DNA of 63,523 nucleotides, the filler included, from Choristocarpus tenellus KU-1152 (lineage: Eukaryota; Protista; Phaeophyceae): the NCBI GenBank assembly GCA_964200185.2. It is 8 parts of 8 records of this genome, joined end to end, with 100 filler letters (N's around TTAATTAATTAA, not from the genome) between each part and the next. Parts side by side here need not be neighbours in the genome. Positions count along the whole stretch, not along the records: positions 41,404 to 60,272 come from CAXNAD020000513.1; positions 60,373 to 63,523 come from CAXNAD020021938.1; 6 more parts are not named here. The stretch is one strand, 5' to 3'. Numbering within the stretch: position 1 is the first letter of the stretch; each line of letters begins with the position of its first letter. The notes beneath the pieces are model-generated. The model was not told the origin of the DNA and searched no databases. It saw only the letters and a list, made by a program, of their open reading frames with translations. The position numbers and the translations under genes were made by a program. Below, in pieces: positions 50,401-63,523 of the stretch.

Positions 50401-50765
50401 TTGCAAAAATGTGACCATAGAATCACACCGACTCTATCAAGTTCAAGGTAACCAACACCAAACAAGATGGAGGAGGTATTAGAGATTTGATTGCATGTTT
50501 TCTTGCATATATGCGCCCTGCACCCTCTGCTCGAGGCCGTGTGATTGACGGTAGAATTGGGAATCTGTGGAGTCCCTTGTATGAACACACCCTTCGTGAA
50601 GTAATCAAGAACTTAACTCCCAGCCGCATGAACCCTTTCACCCCCCCTCCTTGTGCTTGATTTATCTGTCTTCATGGGATGGTTGCATGCCGACTTGTGG
50701 TCCATAGAGGTTGGTGTCCTCAAGCTTGGCACCGATTCAAGAGAGATTATTCTAGACTTGTGAGG
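47490..50765 (+). pseudogene. Ubiquitin-specific protease (peptidase C19) pseudogene, spliced
   Basis: USP motifs in order: degenerate Cys box GIRNPKNTNSY..TIQ (~47515), EDAQEFLACLL (~49005), YKCMGGC (~49400), ICPYH*...WSHLPNDLILHCPRYAFDK...RVTIPVVLD (49806-49975); in-frame stops; His box not convincingly recovered. Confidence 0.6.
48379..48648 (-). mobile_element. MITE family A, full copy (270 bp)
   Basis: GAGTCAAAGCATCTTAGAGGG...CCCTCTAAGATCCTTTCACTC; perfect 4-bp TSD TAAG. Confidence 0.92.
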
Positions 50766-51472
50766 ATTCTTTCTGGATGTTGTTTGGTGTAGGTAGACAA
50801 CAAATAGTCTGAAAAAGCTCCCTCCAACCCAAGATGACAATTATTTCCATTGCTACTTGAGAGACCTATTGATGCATGTAGCATATATGGAGTATGAGCA
50901 TTTAGTGAGTCAACAGTGATGTAGTATTAATAGTACATGGTGCAAGGGGAGCTTGCTACCAGGGGATAGCTAGGGGCAGTTGAGTTTCTCAAAGCGCACG
51001 TGGTACCCCATGTTTCTTTCAGTAGCCAGTACTGCATAATAGGCACATTTTCGAGTATTGCTCACAGCACTGTGTCTGGGGCATACATTTATTTTTGGGA
51101 GTTATAGTTGTGGTACAGATATTTTCATGCCAAAGGCTTTGTGCAACTCCAAAATTATAGGAAAGCACTGCCCATCTTCCAGATCAGTAATGTCAGGGTA
51201 AGGGTCAAGGAGCATTGCATTTTTGAGAAAATGGCCATAGCACACAGCATTTCTTCTATTCTCTCCTAAGAGCATGCGCAAATGTCTTTTTTGTACTAAC
51301 TGAATACGGATTCCTCACATCCCTATGCCCTCTCTCCTGCAAACAACTTCTGGCAACTCTATGCATGCACCAAACACTTGCCTCAACTGAGCAGGTAGTC
51401 AAGAGCCTTGATGTCGACTGGGTGGCATCAATCAGGAATCTCCACTCGAAAGGTTATGGACAGTTCATCTCC

Positions 51473-51669
51473 GAGTCAAATTATTTAAGAGGGTAGAGCC
51501 GCGTCCATTTGGGGACCAAAATCCAATGTTGCAATTTTGATGNNNNNNNNNNGCATTTTACCTACTCCGAAACATTTGGAGTTGGTAGAATGTCCTTAAA
51601 ACCCGTGGGAAGCCAAGGCCCAAATGGACAAACAGGGAAAAACTCGTACCCTCTAAGATACTTTCACTC
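51473..51669 (-). mobile_element. MITE family A copy (internal N gap)
   Basis: GAGTCAAATTATTTAAGAGGG...CCCTCTAAGATACTTTCACTC; perfect 4-bp TSD CTCC. Confidence 0.9.
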
Positions 51670-52756
51670 CTCCACATCATGCCAAACGTAGAGCAAGGAG
51701 GTAGTCGGCACCACCTGTCGGTCACTGGAGGTTAGGAGTAACATTTCTCACCTTCAGTATGGCTCACCTCGACTTGGAGTATACAATACCCTTCTTTTTT
51801 TTCACTCATGGCAAAGGCTACATCAAGTCCTCTTCATGAAGGTTGGGTTTTTGGTGCGGTTGGACAGGCCCCACCTGCCTGTTTTTCTAACACCTACGAT
51901 ATTATTCCTATCTTCTTCAACTGCGCAATTGTCCATAGTCTATACCGGATATCTTAAACAGGCAAATCAGGATATGTGGGTAACCTTTCGAGTCCAATGC
52001 TTCAAGCTTGAGCTCTTGCTTGGGTGGAGCTCCAAATAATACCATCAACTTTGGAGAGTGTCGGTTGAGATCTCAACACTTGCAAAGCCAAAGTGAAGAA
52101 CCGTGAAAATCCTCGCTTAAGTCGATGGAAGCTCTCATATACTTGGAGTTAGCTGATAAATCATGCATATATGTGTTTGGGCATTTTTGTACTTCAAATA
52201 CAAACTGCCGGCTTGAACAAAGTGTCACATCTCCTGCATAGAGGGCGTCAACCCTGCTCTATATAACATCTCTCGCTACCCATGTTGAATTTGATGCGTT
52301 CGGGGTAGGTGGATGTGATTCACAAATATTGTGCTTGCATTGGATGCTTTTCATTTCCTTTAGACATTTTGGGAGGAATTGAATTGTTAGGATAGAGATC
52401 CTTGACGATACCGTGAAGTATATTATATTATACAGAATGTGCATATGATTTTTATTCTCCCCATTTCACAAAAAAATTGTGAAAGTGAACTATATTGTGT
52501 TACCTGTGCAAACACACTAGTGCCACGTGGACCATCATGCCATGCCACGTTTGAGGAGTATGACATGAAATGCTTCGAAAAGGTTCAATTCTAAACAATA
52601 GAATTCAAGCTTCTGACTCTTTCACATACATTCGAGACAATAGCTCTACTTGTGCAGTTGCATCGTCGTGTATCCCCTCAATACCAACCTCGTTGATATT
52701 ATTGATATCATAGTTATAACACAACTTCCCAGAACAATACCTTTAGTGCAAGTGGT

Positions 52757-52864
52757 CCTAAACATTTTGGAGTAGGAAAATGTCATAAATGAACCCATGG
52801 GAAGCCAAGCACCAAATAATGGACAATAAAGGAAAAATTCGTACCCTCTAAGATGCTTTCACTC
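52757..52864 (-). mobile_element. MITE family A, partial copy (one end)
   Basis: GGAGTAGGAAAATGTCATAA...GGGAAGCCAAGC...CGTACCCTCTAAGATGCTTTCACTC. Confidence 0.85.
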
Positions 52865-55155
52865 TAACATGTGCCCCAGCTCTGGCAATGAGACAGCATC
52901 TAAATGGAGATACTGCTTACAAGTGGTTGCCAGTAAGACTAACACCACCATCAGTGGTAAGCCCTATCCTATTGGCATTACTATGCAGGGTCTGTACCGC
53001 CATGCGCAGATAAGGGTTTTGATAACCACAGGAACTTCTCGCTCAAGACACAAGCCGATGTCTTGAGGGAAACAAGAAGCACAGGCTACCTGTTATTTTA
53101 TTTCCTGATGCAGGTTGCAGACAATGCAAATAACTGGATGAGCGTCCAAAGCCCAGGGTGAAGGGTGTCATCTCAGGCTGAGGTGGCACAGAAGGTGTTT
53201 GCTCTTTTCTGTCGGGGGATCCCTATAGTAGCGAGCGTAAATATCTCATCCGTGACGCCTATGATACCGAAGGTTGACTTTTTGGTGCATGGATAGGCTG
53301 GTTGTACTGTATTGCCGTCTCATTTGTTCACTTGTATGGCTGTGTAGTTTGTGATCTGCAGAAGGCAGGTGACTGATTTCCTCGCCTTCAATCTTCACCA
53401 TCAGCACTTACAATTCATCTACTGCCGCCACGAATTCGAAAATATGTTCATTGCTTGTACATGCTCGTGAAATAGCTAATATGATGTATAGAGAACTCAT
53501 TCATACACTCATCCAGTGTGGGGTGGTGAATCTGTACCACTCTTGAGGTTGGGCATGGCTCAACCTAGATTCATACCAGCCTTGGGACAGATGCCTTTCA
53601 AGAGTTCGGTCCTTCCATGTCATAGTCTTGAAGAATGGTGCATATTCAAATAGCTTTCTGAAGGTGGCCTCAATGGTATGTGCCGAACCCCTCTATACTA
53701 ATAGGAGGAAATTTGCTACAGCACACTCAACCCTCTTCGATACTGTGGGGATGGTTACATTGGCAGCTGGTTTTGCATATCCATGCTGTGCACCAAGGTC
53801 TGTGCAGCTCTTGATACAGTAGTTTGAAAAGTGTAACACAGACCTGAAGGCCACAATGAATAGCACATGGTGTGCTTAGACGGTCCTGCGGGATTGACTA
53901 ATACCGAATAATGGATGGCACCGTCTTTGTATGCCTCCATACCACACAAGATCATATCAAAGTGGACATATCTAACCTTTTTTTTCCGCTTGAAACAATT
54001 GTGAAACGGTTGGACAAGTGCCGTGGGGTTGGAAGATACTTGAAGTCTATAATTGGGAAATAACCGAGTGGTATAAAAAAATATCCCTTGAAATTTCGAC
54101 TTGGTTCAGTCAATTATGAGGGTCGTACTCATTATTATCCTACACAATATGGTATGTAACGAGGCCTTCCAGTGCATGCACATCAAAAAGTTGTATAGAA
54201 TCATGAATTATTGATCACAAGTGCTTCATACCACAGGGTAGGCAAGTTGCTATGAGATTTGACTACATGTGGATTTGTAAAGCTCAAGTCAAAGCCCCCA
54301 ACTATGGCGTAATCTAGAGGCCTTTTCATAATTTCGATGTAACATATGTATGCATGCCATACCTGTACCGTAGATTAGATTACTGTAGTATGAACAGATA
54401 AATATATATATATATATACTATGTTGCAACTCGTGTATGGTGTAGCATTAATATTAATGGTATTATAATGAAACGATATATAGATAGATAGGTGCAGAGG
54501 TGTACTAACACTATGCATGCACATGGTGCACTAGTGTATACAGTATTCCACATATATACACAAAATATAGCTACCTGTAGCACACAGACTCATACATGAG
54601 TACTGAGCATGCATCTACTTCATGAAAAAAAGTAGGTTACTCCTGTGCACTCATTGGACAGCAGTCAGTACATGAAACGTAATGGTCATTTACAGGTAGG
54701 GGTCAAATGAAGCATACGAAATGTGGACGCACCAAACACTGGCTGCAGCCTGTTTGGATGTGCCAAAAGATGGCTTGAGAAGTGAACATGCTACAGAAAG
54801 CACGCTGCAACAGTCCCTGTAGTGACACATATGTCACTTAATGATCTTGTCCAAGGATGCCGACTACCAGGCACGGCGCATGTACTTTGAGCATTACATT
54901 TCAACAATCTGTTCAACCCTGTAGGTACAACTTGTCAAATTTGCATGTATCTTAGGATCTACCCCTACTTTCTTAAAGCTGTATATCAGCAACAACAATA
55001 CATCCACCAGCCACAAGGAATTTACACAAAAAACTATTTGAAGCATCAGTTAATGAGAAAGAACAACTGTTTGTTGCGGACCCAGGGTCTCACAGATATC
55101 TGCAACACCTAAAAAAGGGGGGACTGAGTGCTGGAATGACTAGAGCGCGGAACCT

Positions 55156-57336
55156 CTAAATACGCAATTTTCCACTACAGATAGCCGCATGAAGGTCTGC
55201 CTTCAATGGAACAAATGTCTCTAGCACATCATCACGGAAGAGTAGGCTGTCCCCATGTACCAAGTCCAGGTTGAAGCCCTCCTGTAGATCAGAACGGAGG
55301 GAAATTCGACAACTCTCATCATATATATATACATACTGCACCAGTGAAGCATTTCAAGAGCTACGTCAGGAATGTCTACAAGGCAGGCGACTTAAGAAGT
55401 AGGGTCGTTGGATAGGCACAAGACGAAAACTTGGATTAGTGTGTACAACTGCAGTGGTTGCCAGTGCTACCCCAACTCAGAACAGTATGGAACAGAATGT
55501 AGAGCAAGGTTAGTTGGACATAGTCCTTCATGTAATGGCTCACCTTTCGTAGTTGGGTCTTTATGTGCTTAAATGTGGTGGTCATATGTGCAGTGAGGCT
55601 TGGTTGACGAGACAGTCGCAAGAACTGCGGCTGTGCGTATGTTGGCAAGGTGGCATTGAGGTGCTGAAACAGTGCCTGTGGTAAAGGAGAATCAACACAC
55701 AACCTGTCAAGTTGGAAGCTCAATTGTGCCTCTGAAAACATGATGCTTGCTACTCTCTCTACATGATACTTGTGCTGCCAGGACCACTTCTCCAAACCCC
55801 TCCACAAGGTGAGTATCATTGACCACAGCCTAGTCTACACACAGTAGAACACGTGTGTGACCTCAGCAAGTATGCCATCAGTAGTTGATTGCCAGGATGT
55901 GAGGACCCTAGTGATATACCTACCACCTCGACAATGTTCATATGTTTATATAAATACCATAACGCATTGTGTGATATCATTGCTAAGGTACTTGGCTCAC
56001 TGAGTCATGCCTACCCACAACAACTAATTCACCCAGCTTCAATCTACAGTGAACATGGCTAACTATGTTGAAACACCTTTCCCATGAAATGGTTTGGTTT
56101 TGGTGAGATTGAGACAAGGCAAATATGGTGCTGATTACAATACTTCATCACTTCTATGGCAAGCACACAGACCAGGGCCATGTGACTTGCTGATCAATTC
56201 CTTGTACTACCTGGGACATAAACAGTGAAGCACCAGTTTCCTGGTAAGTACTCCACTGATGTATCTTACATGGCCAGAAGTGGGACGCAATAGTCTATTT
56301 TGACCAGCATGTTTACTGTCAAAAGTTGTGCTGGTAGCTGCTGGAAACAGGGCTAAGTTGCCAATGTCTAGCATTAAAAAAGCATGGGTCTACAGTTAGT
56401 ATGAAACTATAATATGAATAATTGACTTTAAAAAGAGGTCCCACAATACAGCAGTCAACAACTACACTCAATGTCAAACCGTCTCTCTGACCACTGGTCA
56501 ATGTCATGACCTTTGTATCCCTGATTGGGACAGAATATACATGCCTCGCCATTCAGAAAAAATATGTATCCTCTGGAGAAACACAGTACAGTGGATTACT
56601 CAGCGCCTGACCTGACCCCATTTGCATCCTTGGCACAGGTCCTAAGAACATACTCAAGCCGAACATGCACTGTACCTGCCAATTGAAGTCTTTCACCTCT
56701 CCAATGCCCTTGAGCTTGATGGCTGCCATGCCGACACACCCTTCTGTCCCGGGTACACTCACACCATAGACATTAACATCGGCTATCCCTGGGAAGCTGC
56801 ACATCACCTGAGCGACCTCTGTGGTGGCTACATTCTCACCCTTCCACCTGAAAGTGCGTACACAGAGTTGACATTGACGTGGGTCTATTGAAGAGGTTGG
56901 TCTGTCCCTAATTTAAGTAGAGGCAAGCTGATGAAATAAAGAGCACGAATCCAGTACACACCCACACACCCACACACCCACACACAAATATATATATATC
57001 AACTGTGTGCACAATGATAAGGGAAGCAGATAGTGTGGATGATAACCTGTACGTATCCCCTATACGGTCCACCCAGTAGTAGAAGCCAAATGCATCCTTT
57101 CGAAGGAGGTCTCCGCTTGCAAAGTATGTGTCACCAACTCGCCTGACATGTCGGACAATCTGGACGGAGCAAAATGTGAGCAGTTTTACGATTGAATTCG
57201 AACTTGTTCCAGGAAACTTCCATGCTAATTATTGTTTACAACGTCAAACTTGTGTCTTTGCTGAAGAATTACGATAGGGGAGGGGGAACAGGGAGAGAAG
57301 GCGGTGCCAAGCTAAATCCTGCTATGATAGAAGAGT

Positions 57337-57388
<52 letters not shown>

Positions 57389-59769
57389 AAAGACTTGTAA
57401 AGAGCTTCTAACGCAAAACAGATCATTTGAGTATCAAGCATCATTCAGCACCTATCGGTGGGCAAGGTGTTCATATATCCCAACTGCTCAATTTGGCAAG
57501 CACAGTTATCAATAGGTCATGTTTGAACATTAACTTTTACGGTCCATAAATAAATAACGTTCACCTTTCTGGATGTCGCCAAATTATCAGTGTAGCCATC
57601 AAACCGGCGGGCAGGATCATGGTTGTTGATGAGCCCCACCACTTGACCCACTTCCCCAGGTCTGCACTGAATGCACAGGCGATCATCACCTCGAGCCAAT
57701 TTCTCCCTCTCTGCTTGAGCACAAGGAGCTTTCATCTCTACAAGGCCGTAACAAACTCCACAACAACGGGTGACTGGAATGGTACTGAAGAGACAAAACT
57801 CTCTTCAACAACTGAATTGAGATTGGAGACATTGGGTACTCAAAGCCGATCACACACACATCAATTGCTGGTAAGAAATAAACAATTTAATCCTATTGAG
57901 TGGAAAAAGAACAGCTCAAAAATCGTTCCTTGATGCCAACCTATGACAAAGCCCAATTGACACACTCGACACACTTGACACAGCTACAATTAATGATAGT
58001 GTTATGAATGGGGCAAGGGGTGACATATGTCTTGAATCGTGATATGTAGTGCACTGCTGTTATCCAGTCTACAGCACAACCCACACTGTTTAAATCATTA
58101 CCAGGCACAAAACTGTATCAATCCAGCATAAAGCAAGCATGGTCCAGGTCATACTTCAACACACTACACAGTATGCACGGTCTTTCACCAAATATATTCC
58201 AAAAGCGTACTTTTGATTAACAAATAGGACAGCATCCTTGAAATGTGGTAGAGGCAGGGCAGGGCGTAATAAAAAAAGAGTGTGATTCAAACCCTTGGCA
58301 TGCAGCACAGTCGCTACCAAATCCCCCCACAGTAAAAACCCAAAAAATATGTCCAAACAGACTTCAACACAATAATGCACTCAAACCTTCCATACAACAA
58401 AAACTCAACAAATAAGTAACTCTGCCTGATAAACAAGAACGCCAACCTTTAATTCATAATTAGGATCGATAACCGCAGCGTATCCATCAGAACACTGGGA
58501 TGAAACCTTCGCGAGTGTCACCTGCATCCATCCTCAGCAAGCAGATTGGGTAGAGTCTCTCAGCAAACCATGGCACAACTCCAACAGCTCCCACCTTCCC
58601 CGTATTGTTCACCATGTTGACGTTCCCCTCCGTAGAGGCATAAAACTCAACCACTCGACTCACACAGTATCTGCAGCAGTTTCGCAGTGTCGGTTACATT
58701 TCTTCGTTGCCATTGGGGAGTTGGTGGAGATGACTACAATAGGGCTTGAGAGGGTTCGAGATTGCTCAGGCAGGTGCACACACAAGACTTCGAGGCATGC
58801 GGCCATCAATTTGGACAAGAGCGAAGGCTCAGTCCTGGCAACCCCTATCTTGCTCCTCGCAATGAGAAGAAAGTAAGAGGAGAGTCAATTCTTTTGATAA
58901 ATACAAAGTTTAAGAAGTTGTATGTTATGCTTGCTCTCCCTCTCAACCAACACGCACAGGTTCCCACACCACGTCATGTTCAGAGTTGTATTTGGTGAAC
59001 ATAGAAGACACCTCCAACTATGGTATGTGCAAAAGGAGGACGGGTGCAATAATAGGAGTATCATTGCCATGGGCATTGACATTAGCATTGGCGTCAACAA
59101 TTGGGGTGGAATGAGAAGTAAGGGAGGCGAAGCACCAATCTCAAACACAAGATGTCAACATGTCGCAAGATAGCAACGAAAGCATGGAGCTCATCCTTTT
59201 GAAAAAGTATGAAGTAAAACCCCGAAGGTGTCTATCATACTGAAATCTCAAAGAAGTGACTTCCCAGGACAGGTGATGATCAAAACATAGTGAAACCACC
59301 CCACTGGCTAACCAACCATAGCTGCCCACAGACATATACAAGCAACAGATACAAGCAACACCCTACACACACACTCCTCTGTCTACGAACCCCATAAAAA
59401 GAAAAAAACCCGGCATGTAACAGACACGCACGTTCTGCCGTTGCCTCCCACTGTCCCATACACCACGTAAGGTGAGGACAACCAATGGCAACACAAAACT
59501 GAGGAACTCAAAAAGACATAAAGTATAGGTGGATAATCTTAGATTGGGGGGAGTGTTCACAATGCTTCAACTGCGATCTCTCCTCTCAAGTCAATGCCTA
59601 GAATCACAACCCAATGCCATCAGCTACTCTTGAGGGCAATCAATATACACCTCATTTGGCACACCTTTCTTTGAATTTATTCCACACATCAGGACTGAGC
59701 CCATTCCCAAAGGCCACCCTTATCCGGCACTCCTTGTCAGCTGGCGTTGGTCTTGAGTTCACCAGGTAC
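55156..59769 (-). CDS. Fatty acid transport protein / very-long-chain acyl-CoA synthetase (FATP/SLC27 family), 3' half. Exons 59769-59665, 58670-58522, 57737-57565, 57159-57047, 56847-56676, 55675-55544, 55281-55156
   Basis: YLVN...RVAFGNGL; EFYASTEGN; CRPGEVGQ; RRFDGY; [11 protein letters not shown]...[22 protein letters not shown]; [16 protein letters not shown]; [11 protein letters not shown]; [15 protein letters not shown]; stop at 55156. Confidence 0.95.
57337..57388. repeat. (CAAG)n microsatellite in a FATP intron
   Basis: Direct reading. Confidence 0.95.
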
Positions 59770-60372
59770 CTGCCATCAAGATGATGTTCAAAACAGTCCC
59801 CACAACAAAATGAGCTCGCCAGTGTTAAACCAAGTACCTCCAGGTTCAAAACAGTTTTTGTATTGTACTAGAAGAAGTGCCTAGTTTCATCCCACAGCAA
59901 TACAAGAATCACGACAACAGCCTTAACAAAAAATAAACACACCAAAACAACACCAGTGGTATCACCTGGTTAGAGGGTGTTACCTATTGTCACACCTGAC
60001 CAGAATTGGACACCAAGGTCTGCAAAAAATATATATACAGACCTGAGTATGTTTAGTTTTGACTGCATCAAAGCATTACTTTCACAGCTCGGTTGGCACA
60101 TACAATCAAGACAACAGTGCACTATTGATAAGAGCCTGGGGGGACAAGAGACCCAGCACTCCACAAGAGGACAAAAAAAAAAAATTGCACCCCCCCCCCC
60201 CCCACCCCAAAAAAAAAAAAAAAAAAAAAAACAAAAAACAAAAAAAACAACAAAAAAAAAAAAACAAAAAAANNNNNNNNNNNNNNNNNNNNNNNNNNNN
60301 NNNNNNNNNNNNNNNNTTAATTAATTAANNNNNNNNNNNNNNNNNNNNNNNNNNNNNNNNNNNNNNNNNNNN

Positions 60373-63300
60373 AGTGGTGACAACTGGAGCGGCTGCCCCC
60401 ATCCCACCCATTCCCATCCCCCCTGCCCCTGGTGTGATTGAACCTACACCCTGATGCCGTATCGGATCAGCTGCTGCTGCAGCAACTGCGGCCACCGCAG
60501 CTGCTATAGCAGCTCCATGAGGATTGGAAGCTGTGAGTCCACCACCACTGACAAGAGATGTCCATTTGCGTGCACATTGCATTGGGCTACAATTTGGAAT
60601 GTGTCGGGCCACGTGTCCCCAGTTGGTTGTACCTATCATACAAAGAGAATGGTGAATGGATTGGGGGTAGTTGGAAGAGGGGAGGGGGTTATTATGACAT
60701 TGCAATGAAAACTGGTATGGATGACCAGGGTAGAAAAGGAAAGAAAAAACACTTTAGACATCTCATGTTACAGTACACAAGATCACATATTCTCTGCTCT
60801 ATGGACCAAAATACACCTCCATCAAACACTTCCAGAACCAAACAAAAAAGTCCAGACATCACTGTAGAAGGAACGTAGAAAATGCATCCTTGTTCATTTA
60901 CAAATTCTATAATATCCATCTATACTTGACAACTACATTACACTCTCACAAGAGTAGAAAGATACAAACTCATACTCACCAAACGTATTAACCAAGCTTC
61001 GGAGGATATCAGTGCTCTCCTTTGACCAAGCATTGTCAACTTCTCCAGCCCTCTCTGAAGAAGACCGAGGTAATGGGGAGCGTGAAGGTGTGGCAGGAGA
61101 AGGAGCTGGGAACGGAGATGGTGAAAATGAAACTGGTGACCGGGATGACATGGACCCTTTACGATCGCTGCGGGGGGTTGAAGATGCTTGCCCTGATGAT
61201 GTAACTGCCACTGCAGCAGTAGCTGCAGCTACTCTCAACCATACAACAAAGGGGGTGACCACGGAGGTGGGAGGGGAGAGGCATTGTAAGAGTTGCTACC
61301 TGTATCAAGTAAAAAATTGAGGGGAGAAAATGAGGGAATCGACTGCCAAACCTGAATACCAAATGTTTGACATTCACCACACTCTCACATATGTAGGTGC
61401 TGCACGTAAGGGCGAAAATAGATCAAGGGGGCCTCAACCTCACCGTGATCGCGAGGTGCTCGTGACTGGTGACTTCGTTGGTGTTTCTTGACCTTTTCCA
61501 ACTGATGGTGGTGGAAGCGCATGCTCTTCTTGTCCCCTTCCTAACATGTGTTCAAAATCAGCAAATGGGGGAGCAGTTCAACTTTTTGACGTGATCAGTA
61601 GGAGGTTGACTGCTTGGGGGCAGGCAGGGGACGGAAACGAGGTCTTGAATATCCAAAAATAACCATCAAATCTCTCTACAGTACAAACACATAGTACATA
61701 GTACGAAACAAAGAAAAACAAATACACACAGAGATGGAACTGTCTCCTCTCTTCTGTTCAGAGTCAAAAGTATCTGAAAGGGTAGAGCTGCATCCCTTTG
61801 GGGGCCAAAATCCAATGTTGCAATTTTGAGGTAATTTTGGCGATTGTATTTGTAAGTGCCATTATCCTTGTTCTGGACATACATATGATACCTACTCCAA
61901 AACATTTCACACTCATCCACCAATTTACTTTCCTGTTGTACCACCTTTCCTATCTGCAAGTGCCCCCACCTCCATGGTGTGAGACTCTTTCCACACAACA
62001 CTAATACCGTCACCAATCCATACACAAAGATTTTTACAAATGCAACAAAAGTTCATGTATGGGACCGCATGCAAATATTGTGCTAAAAAGAGCTTGCTTC
62101 TTACAACGTGGGTGTGGGAGCATGTGGCATGGTAGTGCTTGCGAACTGAGGTCTTGTCCACATTGCGGTAAACACACTGGTCCGCTAGGCACACCTGTGA
62201 GATATTGTTGCATGCATTCCAGTACAGTAACAGCAGTTATCACGGGAAATGTATCAGGCAACAACAAAGACAGGGCGTATTACATGGAAGGATCATTGAA
62301 ATTATTTAGGAGATAACAAAAGAAATTGCCAAGAGGGCAGAGGATGAGGGGGGTGAGAATCAAGGTGAGGTTTACAGGGTTACGGCACATACATTGAGCA
62401 ATATATGCAACAAAGCATCAAATTAATGAAGCTAATAGGATAAATTGATTGCTTAAACGTACCTCCCGGCGGGGTACCACAATCCAGAGGTCTTCATCCA
62501 ATTCAAAAAACGTGTCCTGCCGCATTTGACGCTCCAGTGAACCGAGGGCCCGACAAATATGTCCACCTCCGGCCCCACCACTAGTAACCTTGCCTGACCT
62601 ATCCCCTGATCTGTCTGATTCATAGTCAGAATCATCTCCTCCCCTTAAACCCTCTCCCCCACCTTGAGCAGGACGTTGCACCTGCACTTGCATCTCCCGC
62701 TGCTGTTGTTGCTCATCTATCATCTTTCCACCATTGTTAGGTCTTTGGACAGACGAAAATCCTTCACTATTTGTAGAGGGTGTTGTTGGAGGTGTTGGAG
62801 GGATGAAGAGCGCAGGTAGACGACAATTGAGTCCAACTGCCGATCGCGTCTGTTTCATAATCATATTAGAAGACCTCTCATCCCGGTAGCCATATTCGAC
62901 TCCATTCCCCTTCCCTTCCCCCTCTCTCTGTCGCACCTCCCTATCACCCTCATCCTCCATTGCTTGATATGAAGAAGGCTCAGAGCACTGCACAGGGAAA
63001 CCTTCATGCTTTCCCACTCCTCTTATCTCATGTCTCCCCTGCCCTTGCCCTTGCCCTTGCCGGCCATTATCTGTCATTTCAGATTCACCTGTGTGACTGT
63101 CAATTGAAGGTGCTGTCAATGCTCGATCCCTAGAATCCCTTCCAACCAAGGGTGACACCATCATCTCGTCGTCACCCTGACTTCTCCCACTTCCATCACC
63201 ACCACTACCGCCAAATCTCGCTGGTGCAGTGCCTGGAGCCCGTGCCATGACCAACGAGCCAGGAGGGGTATTGGTTGGCGTCTTTGGTATTACTAATGGA

Positions 63301-63523
63301 AGCATTTGCTGGTCAACCGTGCTGCTCGATGGCAATGGCATGGAGTCACCACCACCCCCACTCCTGTACCACTCTTCCATTCTTCCGACCCGATGCCGGC
63401 CACGTGGGGAAGGTCCAAGGGCAGGGTCTGTTGTAGGGTTTGTCAACGGCCTCTTTCGGTCAGAAAGTGGGGGTCTCCCTGGAGAGGCAGACCTCGCTCC
63501 CCAGGGTAAATCACCTGGGGCAG
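60373..63523 (-). CDS. Myb/SANT-domain protein with long disordered regions, partial at both ends. Exons ~63523-62463, ~61539-61444, ~61228-60980, 60632-contig end
   Basis: Splicing 60980 to 60632 (phase 1, GT-AG) gives WSKESTDILRSLVNTFGTTNWGHVARHIPNCSPMQCARKW, a Myb repeat with three regularly spaced Trp; 342-aa low-complexity ORF upstream on the same strand. Confidence 0.8.
61761..61914 (-). mobile_element. MITE family A, partial or internally deleted copy in a Myb-gene intron
   Basis: GAGTCAAAAGTATCTGAAAGGGTAGAGC...CCAAAATCCAATGTTGCAATTTTGA. Confidence 0.85.

Noticed and set aside
59977-60328. Lys/Pro-rich ORFs
   Set aside because: Translation of poly-C/poly-A low-complexity sequence at a contig end, probably low quality.

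Overview
Eukaryotic, intron-rich genomic DNA, not a prokaryotic locus. Gene families and intron style suggest a photosynthetic stramenopile such as a brown alga (inference). The window is eight unrelated contigs joined by artificial 100-bp N-TTAATTAATTAA-N spacers, so linkage across spacers is meaningless. Host genes reconstructed by hand from splice sites: a divergent AzgA-type purine permease, a Cys-rich-ectodomain multi-TM receptor-like protein, a mono-ART-type PARP catalytic domain, protein prenyltransferase alpha subunit (FNTA, with a GC-AG intron), a FATP/very-long-chain acyl-CoA synthetase and a Myb/SANT protein. Decayed and mobile DNA is abundant: an internally deleted Ty1/copia element, PIF/Harbinger and IS630/Tc1-type transposase remnants, a USP (peptidase C19) pseudogene, and two related MITE families sharing an AAAGTATCT terminal core with mostly 4-bp TSDs. 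The most unusual regions are (i) a frameshifted ParB/Srx-like (CLNGQHR) gene directly downstream of two tandem-repeat arrays and (ii) a ~250-bp coding-derived tandem array that flips orientation four times. No intact novel system can be demonstrated from the sequence alone; these are candidates. All homology calls are motif recognition by eye, not database results.
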